Below are positions 41,054 through 51,866 of a stretch of DNA of 64,000 nt, in pieces; the stretch's first letter is position 1, and the number at the start of each line of letters is the position of its first letter. Under the pieces are notes generated by a model that saw only the letters and a list, made by a program, of their open reading frames with translations, searched no databases and was not told where the DNA came from. Both the position numbers and the translations under genes were made by a program. Where the stretch lies: positions 26,720 through 90,719 of the forward strand of contig JAGBES010000023.1 of NCBI GenBank assembly GCA_017936845.1, in the 5' to 3' direction. This stretch comes from Bacilli bacterium (GTDB lineage: Bacteria > Bacillota_I > Bacilli_A > RF39 > UBA660).

Positions 41054-41653
41054 TTATGAAATGGATACTCTATCCTCTAGTGCCATTTCTAATGTTAATG
41101 TATCTATATATTCCATATCAACACCTATAGGTACTCCATGAGCTATTTTAGTTACTTTAATATTTTTATTTTCCAGCAATTTTGAAATATATAATGAAGT
41201 TGTTTCTCCTTCTATACTTGGTTTTAATGCTAAAATAATCTCTTTTATTTCTTCATTTTCTATTCTATCTATTAATGAAGTTATATTTATATCTTCTGGG
41301 TTTATTCCATCTAATGGTGATATTAAACCATTTAATACATGATATAATCCATTATAAGTACCTACTTTTTCTAAAACTATCACATTTTTAGGATCTTCTA
41401 CAATACATAATGTTTTATTATCACGATTTTTATTTTTACATATTTCGCACAATTCTCCTTCACATAGATTATTACATTTTTTACAACGACTTATCTTAAT
41501 TTTTATATCTTCTAATGTTGTTGAAAATAATTTTAAAATATCATCATCCATTTGCAAAGTTGAAAGGGCTAATCTTTCTGCTGTCTTTTCCCCTATTCCA
41601 GGTAATTTTTTAAAACATTCTATTAAATTTTTTATTGTCGATGGATAATTCAT
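41054..41653 (-). CDS. recR: recombination protein RecR
   Basis: HhH, a C4 zinc finger (CKKCNNLCEGELCEIC) and a Toprim domain. 199 aa. Confidence 0.93.
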   Translation of the reverse strand: MNYPSTIKNLIECFKKLPGIGEKTAERLALSTLQMDDDILKLFSTTLEDIKIKISRCKKCNNLCEGELCEICKNKNRDNKTLCIVEDPKNVIVLEKVGTYNGLYHVLNGLISPLDGINPEDINITSLIDRIENEEIKEIILALKPSIEGETTSLYISKLLENKNIKVTKIAHGVPIGVDMEYIDTLTLEMALEDRVSIS

Positions 41654-41949
41654 TAAAATAAACCTGGCATTCCTTGTGTAAATTTACCCATTTTTTGTTC
41701 TGTATCTTTATCGATTTTTTTCATAGCATCATTTATTGCAACCATTAACATATCTTGTAACATTTCTATTTCATCAGCTTCTATAGTTTCATTTTCTATT
41801 TTTATTTCTACTACTTCTTTTGTTCCTTTTAATTTTACTGTTACAATTGATGATTTTCCTTCATATATTGTTTCATCTATTTTTTTCTTTTCTTCCATCA
41901 TATCTTTTTGTAATTTTTGAGCTTGTTTCATCATTGCTTGTATATTCAT
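41653..41949 (-). CDS. ybaB: nucleoid-associated protein YbaB/EbfC
   Basis: 98 aa, in the dnaX-ybaB-recR synteny. Confidence 0.88.
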   Translation of the reverse strand: MNIQAMMKQAQKLQKDMMEEKKKIDETIYEGKSSIVTVKLKGTKEVVEIKIENETIEADEIEMLQDMLMVAINDAMKKIDKDTEQKMGKFTQGMPGLF

Positions 41950-41964
41950 TATTATTCCTTCTTT

Positions 41965-43590
41965 CTAATCATATTGTAATATATCACTAAATTCATTTTC
42001 TAAATTATTATCAAGTGATAACATATTTTCTATATTTGGTTCTTCTATATATTCATATACTTTCTTTTTATTATTAAATTCATCTTTTATTATATTCCAA
42101 TTATTTATATCAGTTGATATTAATTTATACGGTTCATTAAATACCTCTTTAAATAATTGATCTATCTCAATTATCTTTGAATTAAATATATTTGACAATC
42201 TAGAATCATCATATATAATTATTACATTATTATTTCCAACTGCTTTTATCGTTCCCTCTAGTATAAGAGAAGTTATCTCACTATATTTTGGTTCCATTAG
42301 CATTATTCTAATTTCATCTATTTTATTTTTAAATTCTATTAATTGTTTTTTGTTAAAATTACACAAAGTATTATTTATTCTTATATTTTCTATATTTTTA
42401 ATTATTTCTGGATTAATATTTTCTACTTTTATGTTATTAAATTTTTCTTTTTTTTGTTCTACTTGTTTTTGTTTATTTGTTGATTTTTGTTCTATTTTTT
42501 CGTCATTATTATTTTTTTCTTTATTTAAAATTTTTATTATAATTATTTCAAATATCAATTTTGGATTATTTGATTTTTTCATTTCTAAGATTCCATTATT
42601 AAAATATTCTATATTTTTTATTATTTCTTCTTCGGTTATTTGTTTTGATATTTCCTCATAAATTTCATATGATGATATGTTTTGTCTTAAATATTCTTTA
42701 GCATTAAGTGCTAATAAAATATTTCTATAGAAATTAATTATTTCTTCTGATAATTTTACAAAATTTTTACCATTATCATCATATTTATCTATAATTGAAA
42801 AAATTTGATTATACTCTTTATTTTTTATTTGTTCTATTAATTCTTTTAATTCATATTGTGGAATTGTTCCGTTTATTTCATGAACAGAATTTATTGTTAT
42901 TATATTATCTTCATATGCTATTACTTGATCTAAAATACTCAAAGCATCTCTCATACCACCATCTGCTAATCTTGAAATTTCCGTAATTGCTTCTTCTTCT
43001 ATATTAATTTTTTCTTTTTCTACTATATATTTTATTCTTTCTTTTATTTTTGAAACTGATATTTTTTTAAAATCAAATTTTTGACATCTAGACAATATTG
43101 TATTTGGAATTTTATATATTTCAGTTGTTGCTAATATAAATATAACATGTGCTGGTGGTTCTTCTAAAGTTTTTAATAATGCATTAAATGCTCCTATAGT
43201 AAGCATATGTACTTCATCTATTATATATATTTTATATTTTCCAGTTGCTGGTACTAAATTAACATTGTTTCTTAATTCTCTTATTTCATCTACTCCATTA
43301 TTTGATGCAGCATCTATTTCTATTATATCAATAGATTGTTTATTATTTATTTGTGTACAATTAACACAATCATTACAAGGTATCATATTTTTTAAATTTA
43401 AACAATTAATGGTCTTTGCTATTATTTTTGCAGTACTTGTTTTTCCTGTTCCTCTTGGACCACTAAATATATATGCATGGTTTATTTTATTATTTTTTAT
43501 TGCATTTTTTATTGTTTTAATTATTATATCTTGACCTACTACTTCATCAAAAGTTTTAGGTCTATATTTTCTATATAAAGTTTGATACAT
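41965..43590 (-). CDS. dnaX: DNA polymerase III subunit tau/gamma
   Basis: AAA+ motif GPRGTGKTS and a zinc module. An RBS GAGGTGA precedes the ATG at 43590 (MYQTLYRKYRP); the ORF track GTG start at 43605 is probably too long. Confidence 0.93.
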   Translation of the reverse strand: MYQTLYRKYRPKTFDEVVGQDIIIKTIKNAIKNNKINHAYIFSGPRGTGKTSTAKIIAKTINCLNLKNMIPCNDCVNCTQINNKQSIDIIEIDAASNNGVDEIRELRNNVNLVPATGKYKIYIIDEVHMLTIGAFNALLKTLEEPPAHVIFILATTEIYKIPNTILSRCQKFDFKKISVSKIKERIKYIVEKEKINIEEEAITEISRLADGGMRDALSILDQVIAYEDNIITINSVHEINGTIPQYELKELIEQIKNKEYNQIFSIIDKYDDNGKNFVKLSEEIINFYRNILLALNAKEYLRQNISSYEIYEEISKQITEEEIIKNIEYFNNGILEMKKSNNPKLIFEIIIIKILNKEKNNNDEKIEQKSTNKQKQVEQKKEKFNNIKVENINPEIIKNIENIRINNTLCNFNKKQLIEFKNKIDEIRIMLMEPKYSEITSLILEGTIKAVGNNNVIIIYDDSRLSNIFNSKIIEIDQLFKEVFNEPYKLISTDINNWNIIKDEFNNKKKVYEYIEEPNIENMLSLDNNLENEFSDILQYD

Positions 43591-43660
43591 TTCATCACCT
43601 CGCACTATTCAATTATATCATTTTTTATTTATTTTAAAAAGATTTTAATTTATATTTTAT

Positions 43661-43679
43661 ATGTTTCACGTGGAACATT
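43661..43679. repeat. palindromic element copy 1 (ATGTTTCACGTGGAACATT, GG variant)
   Basis: A near-perfect 19-bp palindrome centred on CACGTG, lying between dnaX and tadA. Confidence 0.9.
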
Positions 43680-43704
43680 AAATATTATATTTTTAATAAA
43701 AAAC

Positions 43705-43724
43705 AATGTTTCACGTGAAACATT
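43705..43724. repeat. palindromic element copy 2 (AATGTTTCACGTGAAACATT, a perfect 20-bp palindrome), which also forms the tadA terminator hairpin
   Basis: A perfect palindrome that overlaps the tadA stop. On the minus-strand RNA it is followed by GUUUUUUAUU. Confidence 0.9.
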
Positions 43725-44151
43725 ATCTTATATTTTGAAAAAATTTTTGAATTAAATAAAATATTTGTTTATTTTCTATTTTTTTTATTTCATATTTATT
43801 ATTTTTAAAAATTTTATTATTTTCTATATTTCCAAAATTTTTATTTGAAACAGAATAATATATTTTTTTTATTCTTGACTGAATTATTGCTCCTGAACAC
43901 ATTATACATGGCTCCATTGTTGAATATAATATACAATCATCTAAATGCCACGTTTTTAATTTTTTACAAGCTTTATTGATTGCTAATATTTCAGCATGAT
44001 AAGTAGCTATTTTATTTTTTTCTTTTTTATTATATGCTTTAGCAATTACTTTATCATTTTTTACAATAACACATCCTACAGGAATATCTCCTTTTTTATA
44101 TGCTTTTAATGCTTCTTTATATGCAATTTTAATATATTTTTTATTTTCCAA
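43723..44151 (-). CDS. tadA: tRNA-specific adenosine deaminase
   Basis: CDA zinc motifs HAE...PCIMC. An RBS AGGTGA precedes the TTG at 44151; the ORF track starts at the GTG at 44160. Confidence 0.85.
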   Translation of the reverse strand: MENKKYIKIAYKEALKAYKKGDIPVGCVIVKNDKVIAKAYNKKEKNKIATYHAEILAINKACKKLKTWHLDDCILYSTMEPCIMCSGAIIQSRIKKIYYSVSNKNFGNIENNKIFKNNKYEIKKIENKQIFYLIQKFFQNIR

Positions 44152-44162
44152 TATTATCACCT

Positions 44163-44246
44163 ACAAAAAAAAGCACACACATTTAGAGGCTATTAAGGCT
44201 GCTATCTTCCGATTCTGACCTAGTTCAAACATAAATGTTGTGCCTC
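44163..44246 (-). ncRNA. ffs: small (4.5S-type) signal recognition particle RNA
   Basis: The minus-strand RNA 5'-UUAGAGGCACAACAUUUAUGUUUGAACUAGGUCAGAAUCGGAAGAUAGCAGCCUUAAUAGCCUCUAA...U8 matches the SRP domain IV consensus (E. coli AGGUCAGGUCCGGAAGGAAGCAGCC), with compensatory changes AUC/GAU flanking the GGAA tetraloop. A terminal helix UUAGAGGC/GCCUCUAA closes it. Confidence 0.75.
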
Positions 44247-44250
44247 TAAT

Positions 44251-44279
44251 AATATACATTATTATTATTAATTTTGCAA
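44251..44279 (-). promoter_or_regulatory. SRP RNA promoter (TTGCAA-17-TATATT)
   Basis: Hexamers on the minus strand with a 17-nt spacing; the predicted TSS falls at the 5' end of the UUAGAGGC helix. Confidence 0.5.
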
Positions 44280-44316
44280 TAATTAATATTAATTATATTA
44301 TAAAATATTTATTAAT

Positions 44317-44334
44317 ATGTTTCACGTGAAACAT
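44317..44334. repeat. palindromic element copy 3 (ATGTTTCACGTGAAACAT, a perfect 18-bp palindrome)
   Basis: Lies between gyrA and the SRP RNA promoter. Confidence 0.9.
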
Positions 44335-44355
44335 TATAATTTTTTATTTATATGT

Positions 44356-44374
44356 ATGTTTCACGTGGAACATT
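44356..44374. repeat. palindromic element copy 4 (ATGTTTCACGTGGAACATT, identical to copy 1)
   Basis: A direct repeat of copy 1, 695 bp away. Confidence 0.9.
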
Positions 44375-44419
44375 CTTTATTTTAATATAATTAATAAAAA
44401 AAGTAGTATTTTATTAACA

Positions 44420-46879
44420 CTACTTTTCACTATTTTTTTCTAATTCTGACTCTTCTTCTTTATCATCTTCTTGATGTTCTATAATTGCTACATTACTTAC
44501 TAATTGATTTTCTTTTAAATTAATTAATCTAACTCCTTGAGCAACTCTTCCTGTTGTAGAAATTTGTGATATAGGTAATCTAATAATAATACCATTATTT
44601 GTTATAATCATTAAATCTTCATCACCATTTATTATTTTAAATGATACTATATTACCATTTTTTTCAGTAACATTTAGTGCTTTAACACCTTTACTTCCTC
44701 TATGAGTTTGACGATATTCTTCTACACTGGTTTGTTTTCCATAACCTTTTTCAGTTACTACTAATACATTTTGATTTTGCTCTGCTATTTCACAACCAAC
44801 ACAAATACCAGAACCTATACTTATTCCTCTAACTCCTGATGCAGATCTACCCATAATTCTTATTTCAGATTCTTCAAATCTAATCATTCTTCCATTAGAT
44901 GCACCTATAATAATATTTTTATTTCCATCTGTTTTTTTAACAGAAATTAGTTTATCATCATCTTTTAAAGTTATAGATATTTTTCCATTTTTTCTTACAC
45001 TATCAAATTCTGATATGTTAGTTCTTTTAATTAATCCTTTTTGTGTACAAAATACAATAAATTGATTTTTATCTTCTTTTTCAATAGAAAGCATAGCTGT
45101 TACATTTTCATCTTTTTCAATTGGAAGTAAATTAATTATTGGTAAACCTTTTGATTGTCTACTAAATTCAGGAACTTCATAACCTTTAATTTTATATACT
45201 TTTCCTCTATCGGTAAAGAATAATATATAATCATGAGTTGTCATTGATATTAAATTTTTAACAAAATCTTCTTCATTTGTTGTCATTCCTTTAATACCTA
45301 CTCCACCTCTATTTTGAGTTTTATATGTTTCATTATTAACTCTTTTTATATAACCTTTTTCAGTTAGTGTAATAATTACATTTTCTATTGGAATTAAAGA
45401 TTCATCTTCTATATAATCGATTGAAGTCATATCTATATTTGTTTTTCTTTCATTTGCATATTTTTCTTTTATTTCTATTAATTCTTCTTTTATTACATTT
45501 AAAATCTTTTCATCACTTGATAATATATCTTTTAAATAATCTATCAATTTATTTAATTCTTCTATTTCATTTAATATTTTACTTTTTTCTAATCCCGTTA
45601 ATCTTCTTAATTTCATTTCAAGTATAGCTTCAGATTGAATTTCATCTAAATTAAATCTATTCATTAATTGTTCTTTAGCTATTTCATCACTTTTTGATTC
45701 CTTTAGAATTTTAACAACTTCATCTATATTATCAAGAGCAATTTTTAATCCATTTAATATATGTACACGATCTTCTGCTTTTTTTAAATCATATTTTGTT
45801 CTTCTTATAATTACTTCTTTTTGAAAATCAATATAATTTGAAATAATTGCTTTTAAGCCTAAAATTTGTGGTGTACCTTGATTTAACATTAACATGTTAA
45901 TTCCATATGTTGTTTGTAATTGCGTATGTTTATATAAATTATTAAGTACAACATTTGGATTTGCATCTCTTTTAAGTTCAATAACTATTTTTAATCCATC
46001 ACTAAAAGATGTTTCTTCTCTTAAATCTGAAATACCATCAATTGCTTTATCTCTTACAAGTTCTGCAATTCTCGTAATTAAAGATGAAGTATTTACTTGA
46101 TATGGAACTTCTGTAATTATTAATTCTGATCTATCTTTTTTATCTACTATATCAACTTTTCCACGTAAAGTAATAGTTCCTTTACCTGTTTCATAAGCTT
46201 TTTTTATTCCACTATTTCCTAAAATAAATCCTCCTGTTGGAAAATCTGGTCCTTTAATATAATTCATTAAACCTAAAGTATCTATTTCAGGATTTTCTAT
46301 ATAAGCTACACATCCATCTATTACTTCTCCTAAATTATGTGGAGGAATATTTGTAGCCATACCTACAGCAATTCCCATAGTACCATTTACTAATATATTA
46401 GGAAATCTACTTGGTAAAACAACAGGTTCTTCACGAGTAGCATCAAAGTTTGGTGTAAAATCTACTGTGTTTTTCTTAATATCTCTTACCATTTCCATAG
46501 CAATTTTAGAAATTCTTGATTCAGTATAACGATAAGCTGCTGCTTGACTTCCATCAATTGCTCCAAAGTTACCATGTCCATCTATTAATGGATGACGATA
46601 ACTAAAATCTTGAGCCATTCTAACCATAGCATCATATACTGCTGTATCACCATGTGGATGATAATTACCTATAACAGCTCCAACTGTTTTAGCACATTTT
46701 ACATATCCTTTATCTGGAGTAAATCCAGATTCTAACATTGTATGTAAAATTCTTCTATGAACTGGTTTTAATCCATCTCTCAAATCAGGTAAAGCACGAG
46801 CTATTATAACACTCATTGAATATTCAATAAATGAATCTTTCATTTCTTTTACTATATTATTTGATTCTAATTTATCCAT
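44420..46879 (-). CDS. gyrA: DNA gyrase subunit A
   Basis: 819 aa, with the active-site region AAMRYTE and an acidic C-terminal tail. Confidence 0.96.
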   Translation of the reverse strand: MDKLESNNIVKEMKDSFIEYSMSVIIARALPDLRDGLKPVHRRILHTMLESGFTPDKGYVKCAKTVGAVIGNYHPHGDTAVYDAMVRMAQDFSYRHPLIDGHGNFGAIDGSQAAAYRYTESRISKIAMEMVRDIKKNTVDFTPNFDATREEPVVLPSRFPNILVNGTMGIAVGMATNIPPHNLGEVIDGCVAYIENPEIDTLGLMNYIKGPDFPTGGFILGNSGIKKAYETGKGTITLRGKVDIVDKKDRSELIITEVPYQVNTSSLITRIAELVRDKAIDGISDLREETSFSDGLKIVIELKRDANPNVVLNNLYKHTQLQTTYGINMLMLNQGTPQILGLKAIISNYIDFQKEVIIRRTKYDLKKAEDRVHILNGLKIALDNIDEVVKILKESKSDEIAKEQLMNRFNLDEIQSEAILEMKLRRLTGLEKSKILNEIEELNKLIDYLKDILSSDEKILNVIKEELIEIKEKYANERKTNIDMTSIDYIEDESLIPIENVIITLTEKGYIKRVNNETYKTQNRGGVGIKGMTTNEEDFVKNLISMTTHDYILFFTDRGKVYKIKGYEVPEFSRQSKGLPIINLLPIEKDENVTAMLSIEKEDKNQFIVFCTQKGLIKRTNISEFDSVRKNGKISITLKDDDKLISVKKTDGNKNIIIGASNGRMIRFEESEIRIMGRSASGVRGISIGSGICVGCEIAEQNQNVLVVTEKGYGKQTSVEEYRQTHRGSKGVKALNVTEKNGNIVSFKIINGDEDLMIITNNGIIIRLPISQISTTGRVAQGVRLINLKENQLVSNVAIIEHQEDDKEEESELEKNSEK

Positions 46880-46888
46880 AATTCACCC

Positions 46889-48817
<1,929 letters not shown>

Positions 48818-49921
48818 TTACATCTCCTTTTTTAATATTTTTCCATTTTTTATTTTAATGATTTTCGCATTATTTAATATTTTTTTATCTATATTGTTCA
48901 AATCTGTTGTTGTTATTATTACTTGATTATCTTTATTTATATATTTTAATAAATTATTTTTTTTATTTTCATCTAACTCACTGAACACATCATCTAATAA
49001 TAATATAGGATTAGTTCCTACATATTTCTTAAATATATCTATTTCGCCTAATTTTAATGATATAATAGCTAATCTTTGTTGACCTTGTGAACCATAATTT
49101 TTTAAATTTAAATCACCAACATAAAATTCAAAATCATCTCTATGTGGACCAATTAATGTATTTTTAAATTTTATTTCTTGATCTTTTACTTCATCAAATT
49201 TTTCTCTCAAGCTTTGTTTTATTTCATCTCTAGTTAAATTTTTTATTTCTATAGAAGTCTTATATTTTATATTAAAATTTTTTAAATTAGTTATATTATA
49301 AAATATATTTTCTATATTATCATTAAGTTTATTAATAAATTTTTCTCTTATTTTATATATTATTATTGCTTTTTCTATTAAATAATTTGTCAAAATATTT
49401 AAATAATTAATATCAATATAATTATTTTTTAAGTAATCATTTCGCATTTTTAATAATTTATTATAATCATTCAATATTACAAAATAATTACTATTTAATT
49501 GAGATAATTCTAAATTTAAAAATCTTCTACGTGTTATTGGAGATCCTTTTATTAACTCTAAATCTTCTGGGTAAAAAATTATAATATTCATTTTAGAAAT
49601 ATAATCACTACTTTTTTTCATTATATTATTATCTATTTTTAATATTTTTTTTTTATTTTCCATATCTATTTCTAAATTTGTTTTAATAGTATCTTTATTT
49701 AAAATTCCTTTTATAATACAATTTTTTTCATTTTTTTTTATCAAATTATTATCTATAAAAGATCTATGTGATTTAGTTAATCCTAAAACATATATACTTT
49801 CTAATAAATTTGTTTTACCTTGACCATTATCACCTATTAATATATTTATATTTTTTTTTAATCTTAATTTTAAAATTTCATAATTTCTAAAATTAAGTAT
49901 TTTTAATTCAGAAATATACAT
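48818..49921 (-). CDS. recF: DNA replication and repair protein RecF
   Basis: Walker A GDNGQGKTN and an SMC-like signature. 367 aa. Confidence 0.92.
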   Translation of the reverse strand: MYISELKILNFRNYEILKLRLKKNINILIGDNGQGKTNLLESIYVLGLTKSHRSFIDNNLIKKNEKNCIIKGILNKDTIKTNLEIDMENKKKILKIDNNIMKKSSDYISKMNIIIFYPEDLELIKGSPITRRRFLNLELSQLNSNYFVILNDYNKLLKMRNDYLKNNYIDINYLNILTNYLIEKAIIIYKIREKFINKLNDNIENIFYNITNLKNFNIKYKTSIEIKNLTRDEIKQSLREKFDEVKDQEIKFKNTLIGPHRDDFEFYVGDLNLKNYGSQGQQRLAIISLKLGEIDIFKKYVGTNPILLLDDVFSELDENKKNNLLKYINKDNQVIITTTDLNNIDKKILNNAKIIKIKNGKILKKEM

Positions 49922-50041
49922 ATTATACCTTCTTTTTATTTATTTTACACTTTTTTAGTGTTTTTTTATTTTTATATACTCCTATACACCATCAATATTA
50001 TATCATAAAAAAGTATAAAATAAAAAGAATTTATATTTTTT

Positions 50042-50491
50042 TTATAAATTCTTTCTTTTTCTAAGTACTGATTCCAACATTGTTGCTCTTAAAATTTGAT
50101 TTTGTAATGATTCATAAGAAATATTAACTATTATTTCTTCATTATTATTAAATATAATTTTAGAAGAACCATTAAATTTTTTGTAACTATTTATATTATT
50201 AAGTGATATCCAAAAACAATCTGAAAATCTTGGTGAACTAGTTGGAAAAAAAATAATTTCTCTTGTTTCTTCTACGACAATTGGACATTTATAATTTATT
50301 CCTATTAAATTTTTAGTACCCTCTTGTCTACCTATATATGAACTTCCAAAATACTTACAACTATAATCTACTATTTCAGTTGTTTTTCTTTTAACTATAA
50401 AATTATTATCAATTTCAATAACTTTCGAAATTTTTGAATCAATTGGTATAATAGCTAAAGTATTTATATTTATTTCATAATTTTCTAACAT
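50042..50491 (-). CDS. comK: competence transcription factor ComK homolog
   Basis: 149 aa. SCKYFGSSYIGRQEGT, PIVVEETREIIFFPTSSPRFSDCFWIS and ISYESLQNQILRATML match the conserved ComK blocks SCRFFGSSYAGRKAGT, PPIMVDPSNQIFLFPTLS...CGWIS and ISYNSFENQVYRTAWL. A strong RBS AAAGGGGGAGGTG is present. Confidence 0.75.
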   Translation of the reverse strand: MLENYEININTLAIIPIDSKISKVIEIDNNFIVKRKTTEIVDYSCKYFGSSYIGRQEGTKNLIGINYKCPIVVEETREIIFFPTSSPRFSDCFWISLNNINSYKKFNGSSKIIFNNNEEIIVNISYESLQNQILRATMLESVLRKRKNL

Positions 50492-50571
50492 ATAACACCT
50501 CCCCCTTTTTAAATTAATATCTCTTATATACTTTTTAGTTGTCGAAATTTATCATATTTTGTCATATAAAT

Positions 50572-50608
50572 AAAAAAAAATTAAAATTCAACAAATATTG
50601 AATTTTAA
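50572..50608 (-). terminator. dnaN intrinsic terminator
   Basis: The palindrome AATTCAACAAATATTGAATT directly after the stop, followed by UUAAUUUUUUUUU on the minus strand. Confidence 0.6.
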
Positions 50609-51726
50609 TATGTTCTAATTGGAACTATTAATTGAATTAAATCATCATTATTTGGATTTTTAAGAATTATAGGTTTTATTTCTCCATTAAATAATATTTC
50701 TATTTCTTCACTTTCTAATGATTTAATAGCTTCCATCATATATTTTGAACTAAATGATATTTTTATATTATTATTAGTTTTATTATTTATTATTAAATGT
50801 TCTTCTACATTTCCTATTTCAGGAATATTTGAAGATATTATCATATTATTTCCATCTATTTGCATAGTTATTATATTTTTTTCTTCTTCACTTGTTAATA
50901 ATGAAGCTCTATCAATAGCATCAAAATAATCATTAATATTAGCAACTAATTTATTTTCAAATTCTATAGGTATTAATTTAGAAGTATCTGGAAAATTACC
51001 ATTAATAAGTTTACTCATTAAAATAATATTATTAAATTTAAATATTACTTTATTATTAAATATATGCATTTCTAAGTTATCATCGTCTACATTATATAAT
51101 CTAGTTAATTCAACTAAATTCTTTGTAGGAATTATAATATTAATTTCTTCTGGATAAGATTCATTTAATTCTATTTTTTTTCTAGCTAAACGATATGAAT
51201 CAGTAGCTGTACATTCTAATATATTTTCATTTATTTTAAAATTAATACCTGTTAATACTGGTCTTGACTCTTGTGTAGAAGTTGCAAAACTTGTTTGTTT
51301 TATTATATTTGTAAATATTTTTTTTCCTATTTTTAATGGATTTTTACTATCTTCTAATTCTAAATCTGGAAAATCCATAGGATTATTACAATTTAATGTA
51401 AATGAAGAATTATCTGTAGTTATTAAAATTTTATTATCTATTACTTCTTCTATACATATTATAGAATTAGGTAGTTTTCTAACTATTTCATAAATAAATT
51501 TTCCTGATATTAATATATCTCCACATTTTTCTATATTTTCAATATCTTCTTTTTTTATAAATGCTTTTATAGCTATTTCATTATCAGTACTTAATAGATA
51601 TAATCCATCATTAGTTAATTCCATTTTTATACAATTTAATATTGGAATAATATTTTTATTTGATATTCCTTTTATTGCATAATTTAAATATTCCATTAAT
51701 ATATTTTGTTTTATTTCAAATTTCAT
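50605..51726 (-). CDS. dnaN: DNA polymerase III beta sliding clamp
   Basis: 373 aa with a three-domain clamp profile, immediately downstream of dnaA. Confidence 0.93.
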   Translation of the reverse strand: MKFEIKQNILMEYLNYAIKGISNKNIIPILNCIKMELTNDGLYLLSTDNEIAIKAFIKKEDIENIEKCGDILISGKFIYEIVRKLPNSIICIEEVIDNKILITTDNSSFTLNCNNPMDFPDLELEDSKNPLKIGKKIFTNIIKQTSFATSTQESRPVLTGINFKINENILECTATDSYRLARKKIELNESYPEEINIIIPTKNLVELTRLYNVDDDNLEMHIFNNKVIFKFNNIILMSKLINGNFPDTSKLIPIEFENKLVANINDYFDAIDRASLLTSEEEKNIITMQIDGNNMIISSNIPEIGNVEEHLIINNKTNNNIKISFSSKYMMEAIKSLESEEIEILFNGEIKPIILKNPNNDDLIQLIVPIRTY

Positions 51727-51866
51727 AAAATCACTCCTTTTATTATTATTATTATTTTATAAATATTATTATTATAGATGTAGAAAATGTGTAAAACTTT
51801 TATTTTCATTATTTTACAACAATAATTAATGTTTATAAAAAGTTTATAATTATAATATAATACACA

